A stretch of 32,000 bases of DNA from Hyperthermus butylicus DSM 5456 (GCF_000015145.1 NC_008818.1:360001-392000); one strand, 5' to 3'. Shown: positions 8,977-16,263, counted from the first letter of the stretch. Numbers and translations: made by a program. Notes: a model not told the origin generated them from the letters alone.

Positions 8977-9366
8977 TTGAAGCTGTGCCCTGCATCAACG
9001 GGGTTTGGCTACATAATCCTTGGAGGCCATAAATACGACCACGATATAGTTGTCTATCCTGATGGATCTACTACAAGGCGTGAGAAGACTCTCTCAAAAC
9101 CTGAAGCAGACCTCTATAACCACACGCCACTCTCTAGGCGTGAGCTCGACTTCTATCTTTCGAAAGTCGATAGCGTCGACTGTGTAATAATTGGTACCGG
9201 GCAAAGAGGAGCTATGAAGGTTACACCAGAAGCTATGGAGAAACTAGCAGAACTTGAGAAACAAGGTGTTAGAGTGTTTATCGATATTACACCCAGGATT
9301 GTTGAGATGTGTCATGAACTCGAAAAATGTAGAAAGCCGCTAATTGTAATACATGTAACTTGCTGA
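8977..9366 (+). CDS. Mth938-domain (DUF498/NDUFAF3-like) protein
   Basis: TTG start. The pattern GYIILGGHKYDHDIVVYPDG...CVIIGTGQRGAMKVTPEAMEKLAELEKQGVRVFIDITPRIVEMCHEL matches the Mth938 fold family. Confidence 0.6.
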   Translation: MKLCPASTGFGYIILGGHKYDHDIVVYPDGSTTRREKTLSKPEADLYNHTPLSRRELDFYLSKVDSVDCVIIGTGQRGAMKVTPEAMEKLAELEKQGVRVFIDITPRIVEMCHELEKCRKPLIVIHVTC

Positions 9367-9831
9367 ACTAGATTTATCACTTATCTAGCCGCAGGGAGTT
9401 AGAACACCAAAACCTCTACGTGGGAGAATTGTCGCAGAGCAACTGCCCACCGGGATCGCGCTGACAGCCCAATACCTTGGTCGTGTTTGGGCCTGCCGTA
9501 GAGCCTCTCAAAGAACTGGTCAACGCTACGGGGCTTCTTGAGACACTCAAGCGACTCAAAGAGACGAACATGCCGAGTATCTACTGGTGCTGGTACCTGA
9601 ACTGCTGCTCTACGGTCTGATAAGTTCCGTCAACACTAAACCTATACGACAATAGCGAATCTAGCATATTTACATACATACCATGATATGTTGACAGATC
9701 CACAAGTGGCGATACAATGCAGGATGTAGTCGACGCAAGTCTCTCAGCAGGCTTCACCACAAACATACTACGCCGGTGTGTACAACAAAATCCAGGAGCT
9801 TGTTTGCCGTAACTGGTTGAGGAGAGGAGGG

Positions 9832-9919
9832 TGGTGCGGGGGGTGGGATTTGAACCCACGCCGGCCTACGCCAGCGGGTCTTAAGCCCGCCCCCTTTGAC
9901 CTGGCTCGGGCACCCCCGC
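9832..9919 (-). tRNA. tRNA-Leu (anticodon UAA), long variable arm, CCA encoded
   Basis: The reverse complement reads GCGGGGGTGCCCGAGCCAGGTCAAAGGGGGCGGGCTTAAGACCCGCTGGCGTAGGCCGGCGTGGGTTCAAATCCCACCCCCCGCACCA. Anticodon loop CTTAAGA. Confidence 0.9.
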
Positions 9920-9998
9920 ACCGTTAAGAAGGTGTTGTGGTTAGTGGGAGGGTTATAATGGTTAATCGGCATTCTTGCTTCATGTCTCCTAGTGGAGT

Positions 9999-10304
9999 TT
10001 ACTCTTCAGTGCCTTCGAGTTCTTGCTGTAGGAGTTCTTGTAGGACTTCGCGGTACTCTTCTCTCTCCTGCTCCCACTCCTCGAGCGTCTTGGCTGGGCG
10101 GCGTTTGGCCTCACTGACTTTTAGCGTTGTTATTGTGTGTTCTTCCTTTGGCGTTTCCCCCACTATGGTGTAGTCGGTTACCTGTTTAGCGCTTATTGTC
10201 TCCGTGTAACCACATCGAGTGCAGCGTAGGATTACGTTGTCTCCTTCACGACCTGCAGGTATCATGAGGCCACCGCAGCGGGGGCAGAACTTCATCCCGT
10301 TCAT
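9999..10304 (-). CDS. Zn-ribbon protein resembling the N-terminal domain of TFS/RpoM, with an acidic C-terminal tail
   Basis: MKFCPRCGGLMIP...LRCTRCGY is a CxxC...CxxC ribbon of TFS/Rpb9 N-terminal type. The C-terminal half is charged (EEWEQEREEYREVLQELLQQELEGTEE) and has no second Zn ribbon. Confidence 0.6.
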   Translation of the reverse strand: MNGMKFCPRCGGLMIPAGREGDNVILRCTRCGYTETISAKQVTDYTIVGETPKEEHTITTLKVSEAKRRPAKTLEEWEQEREEYREVLQELLQQELEGTEE

Positions 10305-10390
10305 CCCCTAACCATGTGCTTTGTTGGGATGTGTTTGGGGCCACCGCACTGCTAGGCATGGGGTGTGTATATATTTTTCGTGGCTGCGTG

Positions 10391-11905
10391 CTATGGTAAG
10401 ACTTTTACTACGACTCCCTCTATAAGTACTGCATTGTATTCATCTAGGAGTCTCACTGCCTCATGGAGCCTTGTATCGCTTGAAGCGTATATCGTTAGCA
10501 GGGGGTCTCCCTTCCTTACACGGTAGCCTGTCTTGACGTGTAGCTGTATGCCTGCGCCCTTGTCCTCGGGTGCTCCTGCCGCACGAGCTGCGAGCGATAT
10601 TGCGCGGTTGTCTATCATTGTTACTATGCCGTCACGCGGAGCTTCAAGAGTGAACTGCTTGGGCGCCAACTTTATGTCTTCAGGCTTTATGTCGGGATCA
10701 CCCTCCTGAACCTCTATTATCTCGCGGAACTTGCGGTATGCTGCACCGCTGCGAAGTATCTCGCATGCCAGACTGTAGCCCCGCCCGCGTGGCACTACGC
10801 CGCCGAGTTCAAAGACTAGGCCTGCTAGGCTGCAAGCCTTCTCCACCAGGCTTGACGCTCCATCACCCTTCATCAGTGTTTGTAGAGCTTCCCGTGCTTC
10901 TAGTGCTGGGCCAACACTGAAGCCTATGGGTTCGCCACCAAAGGTTATCGCAACTCTCATCGCTATGTTTAGCCTCCCAGCCTGGGCAAGGAACATAGAT
11001 GCTAGTAGCTCAGCCTCACTCTCATCCTGCACCTTAGCGCCCCGGCCTGTAGGGAGGTCTATCACCAGTCTCGACACGCTCATAGCCAGCTTCTTCGCGA
11101 GTATACTGGCAACCATCTGGGTAGGGGGATCCACACCTATCCTGCGTTCAACCCTTACGAAGATGTCGTCAGCCGGTGCGAGGTTTAGCGCGCCACCCCA
11201 GACTATGAGGCCACGGGCTCTTAGCGCCATATCATGCAGTTCTTGTGGCTTGAACGCGACCTTAGCGAGGACCTCCATCGTGTCTGCCGTGCCTGCCGGA
11301 CTCGTTATCGCCCTGCTACTAGTCTTTGGTATGAGTAGGCCTCGCGACGCAACTATGGGTACGACCAGGAGTGCAACCTTGCTGTTTCCGGGTACACCAC
11401 CTATACTATGAACATCGTAAACTGGTTCGCCAAACTTTACAACCTCGCCAGTCTCCACCATGGCTCTTATGAGGTGCTCTAGCTCCTCGTCGGCTAGCTT
11501 GCTGTAGAGCTGGCTTACTAGGAACGAGGCTATCTGTGCATCGTCATAGTATCCTGCAACTATGTCTGCTATAAGCATCTTATACTCTGCAGCGGATAGC
11601 CTAGCTCCGGAGAGCCTTTTCTTAAACGCATCAAAGCTTGGCGGCACATCAATGGGGTGTACATCCACAGTATCGCAGTCACCAAGTCTCTCAACGAGGC
11701 CCTTGGTTAGTTGTGCAACACGCTCGGGGACCCGGGGATCAACAATAACTACTGCTCCGACACCTCTACCCCTGCAGACTACGCTGGCTCTCAGGCCGGC
11801 TACTACACCGAGATGCTCAGCATCACGGGGGTTTAGGATGACAGCATCGTGACCCGGATCTATTGATGCTGCCTCAACCTTTAAGCCCTTAACCGGCATA
11901 TTCAC
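10391..11905 (-). CDS. deoA: AMP phosphorylase (archaeal thymidine-phosphorylase-family enzyme)
   Basis: 504 aa. It has an N-terminal extra domain followed by a glycosyl-transferase family 3 core (HSIGGVPGNSKVALLVVPIVA; TSSRAITSPAGTADTMEVL). The size is typical of archaeal AMPpase. Confidence 0.85.
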   Translation of the reverse strand: MNMPVKGLKVEAASIDPGHDAVILNPRDAEHLGVVAGLRASVVCRGRGVGAVVIVDPRVPERVAQLTKGLVERLGDCDTVDVHPIDVPPSFDAFKKRLSGARLSAAEYKMLIADIVAGYYDDAQIASFLVSQLYSKLADEELEHLIRAMVETGEVVKFGEPVYDVHSIGGVPGNSKVALLVVPIVASRGLLIPKTSSRAITSPAGTADTMEVLAKVAFKPQELHDMALRARGLIVWGGALNLAPADDIFVRVERRIGVDPPTQMVASILAKKLAMSVSRLVIDLPTGRGAKVQDESEAELLASMFLAQAGRLNIAMRVAITFGGEPIGFSVGPALEAREALQTLMKGDGASSLVEKACSLAGLVFELGGVVPRGRGYSLACEILRSGAAYRKFREIIEVQEGDPDIKPEDIKLAPKQFTLEAPRDGIVTMIDNRAISLAARAAGAPEDKGAGIQLHVKTGYRVRKGDPLLTIYASSDTRLHEAVRLLDEYNAVLIEGVVVKVLP

Positions 11906-12025
11906 CAGCCACGCCTTCCCCTTTAGCCTGGATTATCGGGGGACAGGTAGGTTTCGATTCTACACGCTACATATAAACCTACTCGCTAAGGGCTAGTTGG
12001 AGTAGATGCGTGGGTAGCAGCGTGT

Positions 12026-12391
12026 ATGTGCAAGGTTGCTGTGATGCTTGTATTGGAGTTTCAGGGAGATGAGCTAGCTGTTAGAGGGTATTTCCACCCA
12101 GCTGGCTGTATGGGAGCACGGTACCCACATCTAGATGTTGATGTTCCCCGCTGGCATCTACTCTGGCTACTTGCTGCCAAGCGTGGTATACGGCTTAGAT
12201 GCCGCAACGACCGCGGCGTATTGCTCCTCGAGGAGGAGCTTACAAGAGCAGCTGTTAGGGTTAGGGCTCTAAGCGGCAGAGTGTTGTGCGGCGCTGAGCG
12301 CGTCTACATTATGAGGCGCAGGAGCGGCGGCATATACATTGCGCCAGTTATGTTTGAGCCTCAGGCGCACGGGTTACCACACGGTGGCTAG
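12026..12391 (+). CDS. Hypothetical protein; coding status uncertain
   Basis: This 121-aa ORF is the only one in the 600-bp divergent gap between deoA and speE. I recognise no motif. Confidence 0.3.
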   Translation: MCKVAVMLVLEFQGDELAVRGYFHPAGCMGARYPHLDVDVPRWHLLWLLAAKRGIRLRCRNDRGVLLLEEELTRAAVRVRALSGRVLCGAERVYIMRRRSGGIYIAPVMFEPQAHGLPHGG

Positions 12392-12510
12392 CTGTTTCGG
12401 CCGGTGGCTCTATCCTCATCGGCTCCAGGAGCCCAGCATTATTACCGCTAGCTGAGGCTTATAGACCCCTAGCTACGGGCTAGACCACGGCAAGTCTTAA
12501 CACTACATGC

Positions 12511-13446
12511 ATGTATGTGGTGGGGTGTTTGGCTCAGCGGCTGCCCTGGAGGTTTGTAGCTGAGTGGACCAGTGAGGGCGAGATGGTTTTAAGGGAGGTA
12601 AAGCGCATCTACGCTGCTGGTGCTACGCGGTACCAGGAGTACATGATAGCAGAACTTGCCGGCATTGGCAAAGCATTAGTGCTCGACGGTAAGGTTCAAA
12701 GCAGTATTCTTGACGAGCACTGGTACCACGAGGCGCTCGTCCACCCCATACTACTAGCCCACCAGTGCCCAAGGAAGGTGCTGGTTATAGGGGGTGGCGA
12801 GGGAGCAACTGTTAGGGAGGTTCTAAGGCATAGCTGTGTCGAGCACGTAACAATGGTTGACATCGATGAGGAGCTTGTAGAGCTTGCAAAGAAGCACCTC
12901 GCCGAGTGGCACCAGGGAGCATTTAGCAGCGATAAGCTAGAACTGGTTATCGGTGATGGTCGCCGCTACGTCGAGAACTGCCACAGAAAGTACGACGCCA
13001 TAATACTTGATCTGGTAGACCCCATGGAGGGTGGGCCCGCAGCACGCCTATACACGCTAGAGTTTTACCGTGCTGTCAAGGGCTGCCTGCGGCCTGGCGG
13101 TGCAGTAGTTACACAAGCTACTTCGCCAACACTGTCACCGAGAGTTTACGCTGTTATACGTAACACGTTAGCTAAAGTATTCACTATTGTGAGACCGTAT
13201 GTCTCCTATGTGAGGAGCTATAATGGTCTATGGGGCTTTGTAGCTGCTTCCGACACCGTGGACCCAGCTAAGCTATCAGCTAAGGAGGTTGATGAGCTCA
13301 TAGCAGCAAGGATAAGGGGACAGCTACGGTTCTACGATGGCGAGACACATGAGTGGATGTTTAGGCTACCACTACCGGTTAGACAAGTGCTAAGCGAAAC
13401 CAGGGACTATGCAACCGACGAAAAACCCGTCTACGTCCCTGTCTAG
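12511..13446 (+). CDS. speE: Polyamine aminopropyltransferase (spermidine synthase family)
   Basis: Motifs VLVIGGGEGATVREVLRH, VDIDEELVELAKKHL, DAIILDLVDP and YQEYMIAEL are typical of SpeE. Confidence 0.85.
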   Translation: MYVVGCLAQRLPWRFVAEWTSEGEMVLREVKRIYAAGATRYQEYMIAELAGIGKALVLDGKVQSSILDEHWYHEALVHPILLAHQCPRKVLVIGGGEGATVREVLRHSCVEHVTMVDIDEELVELAKKHLAEWHQGAFSSDKLELVIGDGRRYVENCHRKYDAIILDLVDPMEGGPAARLYTLEFYRAVKGCLRPGGAVVTQATSPTLSPRVYAVIRNTLAKVFTIVRPYVSYVRSYNGLWGFVAASDTVDPAKLSAKEVDELIAARIRGQLRFYDGETHEWMFRLPLPVRQVLSETRDYATDEKPVYVPV

Positions 13447-13518
13447 GCGACCGAGACCCAATAAGGTTAAGCCTATAAACCCAGCATAGAGTACTAGCTA
13501 TCATCATGGCGTGTGGGT

Positions 13519-13640
13519 GCCGGGGTGGCCGAGCGGTCCAAGGCGGTGGGCTCGAGACCCAGGTTTTCCGGCTTGGTAGGGGCTGGGAGACCCACTGCCC
13601 CGTAAGGGGCGCGCGGGTTCAAATCCCGCCCCCGGCGCCA
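13519..13640 (+). tRNA. tRNA-Ser (anticodon CGA) with a 33-nt intron at the canonical 37/38 position, CCA encoded
   Basis: Acceptor GCCGGGG/CCCCGGC, D-arm GCCGAGCGGTCCAAGGC, anticodon stem GTGGG/CCCAC, loop CTCGAG^A, long variable arm TGCCCCGTAAGGGGCG, T-arm GCGGGTTCAAATCCCGC. The mature length is 89 nt including CCA. Confidence 0.85.
13557..13589 (+). other. tRNA-Ser intron (predicted bulge-helix-bulge substrate)
   Basis: Removing 13557-13589 restores a 7-nt anticodon loop. Hand fold: two AGA bulges separated by 4 bp, CUCG/UGGG. The 8-mer GAGACCCA is duplicated at both junctions. Confidence 0.7.
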
Positions 13641-13700
13641 CCAAAACCATAAATACCCCACTCTATGCTCATTACACCAATAGTCATGGAGCTTCTGGCT

Positions 13701-13788
13701 GCGGGGGTGCCCGAGCCAGGTCAAAGGGGGCGGGCTTAGGACCCGCTGGCGTAGGCCTGCGTGGGTTCAAATCCCACCCCCCGCACCA
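13701..13788 (+). tRNA. tRNA-Leu (anticodon UAG), CCA encoded
   Basis: Same sequence as the 9832-9919 gene apart from the anticodon (TAG versus TAA) and one variable-arm base (GGCCTGCG versus GGCCGGCG). Confidence 0.9.
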
Positions 13789-14168
13789 CTCCTTTCCAAT
13801 CCGTTCCTCGTTGCTAATCCCCATTTCTTACAGCCTTAGCAAAGTTGTGCCAAACCCCAGGTACTCTTCCACTACAATGTAGTGATGCACGCGTTTCCCC
13901 GCTGCATAACGCGGATATACACGTGCAATGGTTACAATACCGTATTGCAAGATAGCTCTACACTTGTCGGAAATAGCGTAAAGCTAGCAGCTGCAACAAG
14001 GAATGTTGCAACATATAGCAGGGATCGAGCAACAGAAGCCAGGCCGTCCATGTGTATGCCTCATCTCACCGCCTTAGCCTTCTCCTCTATGACAAGCTTG
14101 ATTGTTGGCTTGTACATGTAGTACTGGATTGCCATGATCACAGCAGCGAGCAGTAGCAGTATCGCTAT

Positions 14169-14351
14169 TCACTCGTGGCTGAAGTACATGTAGCAAGGCG
14201 CTGCTGGCTGTTTGAGGCCGAGATAGCACCGACATACTGTCACACAAGCATGAATGTCGTGCAACTCGAAGAGATCGCCATGTAAATAGTATTGATGCAC
14301 TAGCACGCCTATAGCTGCAAGCAGGAGTACCAATCCAATTCCTGTCACCAT
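14169..14351 (-). CDS. Small hydrophobic protein (60 aa, one predicted TM); speculative
   Basis: MVTGIGLVLLLAAIGVLVHQYYLHG.... Its start overlaps the stop of the upstream small ORF as ATGGTGA, a translational-coupling arrangement. Same strand as the upstream ATPase gene. Confidence 0.3.
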   Translation of the reverse strand: MVTGIGLVLLLAAIGVLVHQYYLHGDLFELHDIHACVTVCRCYLGLKQPAAPCYMYFSHE

Positions 14352-14563
14352 GCTGCTGCAACCATAAAGAGGGTGGAGGAACCACCATCTGTGGAGGGAT
14401 CATAAAAACCATGCAGTAATACGAACCATACATCTATCATAATCATGTATTGGAGAAGGGAGAGGGTGGTGCAGCGCTTCAGTAAAGCTGGCGCCGCGCG
14501 AGTACCAGTATTGCAGTAGTTAGCAAGAGCAACAGCAGCCCACAAATCCCACCTTCGCATCAA
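14345..14563 (-). CDS. Small ORF (72 aa) directly downstream of the HerA-like ATPase; speculative
   Basis: TTG/ATG start at 14563/14560, preceded by AAGGGGG. Its stop is coupled to the next ORF. No motif recognised. Confidence 0.25.
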   Translation of the reverse strand: MMRRWDLWAAVALANYCNTGTRAAPALLKRCTTLSLLQYMIMIDVWFVLLHGFYDPSTDGGSSTLFMVAAAW

Positions 14564-14613
14564 CCCCCTTTCTCTATCCCCATGGACTTAGCTTTGACCG
14601 TACATGACTAGTT

Positions 14614-16173
14614 TCAGCTACATGGCTTTTCGAGCCTTACCGTTATAGGGATGGGTGTTTCTGCCTGCTGCATCGAGACTATAGCTTCGCCCGGTTTCAG
14701 TCTTCCTATGATGTCTGCTAGGTCTCTGTCTCCTAGTAGTTGGGCTGCTACCGCTCTGTCGTTAGCTGATGATAGTCTGTGAACTATTATTGTATTGAAG
14801 TTGTGTAGACCGTACTCCTCTATCAGCCTGGGGCTCTGGGTTACAGCTACCAGCCCTAGACCATACTTTCTCGCTTCTGCTAGTAGCTCTGTAACCGTGG
14901 GGGTTAGGAGTATGTGCTGTGCCTCGTCCACGACTATTACTGTGTTCTCTATCTTGCCTCTTAGTGCTAGGCTGTAGAGCTGCTGTATGAGTAGGAGTGT
15001 GTAGAGTTTGCGTATGCGTGGCGACCTTATACTGCTCACGTCAAGGACTACCGGGTTCTCCCTCGTCTCGGCTAGAGGCTCGCCGCCATAGAGCCTTATT
15101 AGGTCTGCATAGTCACTCATGGCTAGGTGGCTTAGCCGCCTAATAACCGCAAGCCATATCTCCTTCTCGGCCTTGCTCGCCTCGTTGAGGCTCTGATACA
15201 TCTCCTTCATGACATCGAGCAGCGCCTGCAGCGTATTCTCCGCCAGCCGTTCTGGGGCTCTGTCGAGAACATCTCCTGGAACCCTTCCAGCCAGCACATC
15301 GGTTAGGCTCTTAGCCGTGTGAAGCTTCGGGCGAGAACCTAGCGCAAGTACGGCTGCCAGCAGTGTTGACTGGAACTGGCTTAGCTCCAGCACCTTCTCT
15401 ATACCAGCAATGGACTCCTCGAGCAGCAGTAGCTCCGACAACATAGCAACCCTTGGGAGTTTAGAGCCTCTCAGCACCGTATACCTAGCACCAACCCTCT
15501 CTAGAAGGCTAGGATACTCACCATGCCAGTCGACAATCACGACTCTCACACCTAGAAGCGAGGCACATGCAGCTATGCGGGCCGCCGTATGCGTCTTACC
15601 AGACCCCGTAGCACCCAGTATGGCTACATGCCTGTAGAGGTCCTCTATGGGCAGGTAGACGGGTTCCACCCCACTAAACCCTATGATAACACCTAGGCCT
15701 GGAGCATTAGTGTCCAGGAAGGCTCTACCCCCCACACTAGCGCTACGGGGCGGAGGCAGGAGAGGGCCATCACTACAGCTGCGGCTACGACTAAACACTA
15801 TACCCGGGATGGACTCTACAACTCCGGCGTAGCTTCGTGGAACCTCGATACGCGAAGAGCACCTGCCGCGCCAACACTCAAACACATAGTAGCCGCCAAC
15901 ACCCGCCAACAACCCGTAAAGCCTCTCGATGCGACCAACAAGCTCTACAGTATAGGAGGACACGCAGAGCCTCGCATAACCCCCAGCTACACCTCGAAGA
16001 AGCCTAAACAGCCTACTAACCACAAGACCCCATGAGTAGCTCTCATGCATTATCCACGCAGCGGGGAGCCCGAACCTAAAAACGATACATCTAACCCCAG
16101 TAACACTGAAGCTTGAGTGAGTACGAGCAACTGTAGACATCACAGAACCACAAGAGGTTATGCTAGCAGACAA
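14614..16173 (-). CDS. HerA/DUF87-type P-loop ATPase (COG0433-like) with an atypical N-terminal region; start uncertain
   Basis: Walker A ILGATGSGKTHTAARIA, Walker B TVIVVDEAQHIL, then ARKYGLGLVAVTQSPRLI, all typical of the family. Alternative starts are at 16140 and 16050. The longest start lies 13 nt from the tRNA-Gly 3' end. Confidence 0.8.
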   Translation of the reverse strand: MSASITSCGSVMSTVARTHSSFSVTGVRCIVFRFGLPAAWIMHESYSWGLVVSRLFRLLRGVAGGYARLCVSSYTVELVGRIERLYGLLAGVGGYYVFECWRGRCSSRIEVPRSYAGVVESIPGIVFSRSRSCSDGPLLPPPRSASVGGRAFLDTNAPGLGVIIGFSGVEPVYLPIEDLYRHVAILGATGSGKTHTAARIAACASLLGVRVVIVDWHGEYPSLLERVGARYTVLRGSKLPRVAMLSELLLLEESIAGIEKVLELSQFQSTLLAAVLALGSRPKLHTAKSLTDVLAGRVPGDVLDRAPERLAENTLQALLDVMKEMYQSLNEASKAEKEIWLAVIRRLSHLAMSDYADLIRLYGGEPLAETRENPVVLDVSSIRSPRIRKLYTLLLIQQLYSLALRGKIENTVIVVDEAQHILLTPTVTELLAEARKYGLGLVAVTQSPRLIEEYGLHNFNTIIVHRLSSANDRAVAAQLLGDRDLADIIGRLKPGEAIVSMQQAETPIPITVRLEKPCS

Positions 16174-16185
16174 GTAGGTAGATTG

Positions 16186-16263
16186 TGGTGCGGCGGCCGG
16201 GATTTGAACCCGGGTGACCGGCTTGGGGGGCCGGCGTCCTAGTCCAGGCTAGACGACCGCCGC
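16186..16263 (-). tRNA. tRNA-Gly (anticodon CCC), CCA encoded; position 33 is C
   Basis: The reverse complement reads GCGGCGGTCGTCTAGCCTGGACTAGGACGCCGGCCCCCCAAGCCGGTCACCCGGGTTCAAATCCCGGCCGCCGCACCA. Anticodon stem CCGGC/GCCGG, loop CCCCCAA. Confidence 0.85.

Noticed and set aside
9581-9972. Track ORFs 9581..9859 and 9754..9972 (-)
   Set aside because: They overlap tRNA-Leu(UAA), and their peptides (MGSNPTP... and ...GGGLKTRW...) are translations of tRNA stems. The first is kept only as part of the weak decayed-element hypothesis.
10926-11411. Antisense or shadow ORFs inside long genes. Examples: 10926..11411, 1420..1689, 2668..3075, 3113..4190 group, 17624..17899, 25151..25609 group, 27374..28554 group, 29161..29577, 30764..31320
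   Set aside because: Each lies opposite a gene with strong family motifs. Their peptides are low-complexity (rich in Ser, Pro, Ala and Arg) with no motifs, as expected for shadow ORFs in GC-rich coding DNA.
13494-13724. Track ORF 13494..13724 (-)
   Set aside because: It is antisense across the tRNA-Ser and tRNA-Leu genes, so it is not a plausible CDS.
14074-14433. 119-aa track ORF on the minus strand, and 13882..14121 on the plus strand
   Set aside because: They compete with the small hydrophobic ORFs in other frames. Their peptides are Cys/Arg/Ser-rich with no hydrophobic pattern or coupling signals. They are not excluded, just less plausible than frames a-d.
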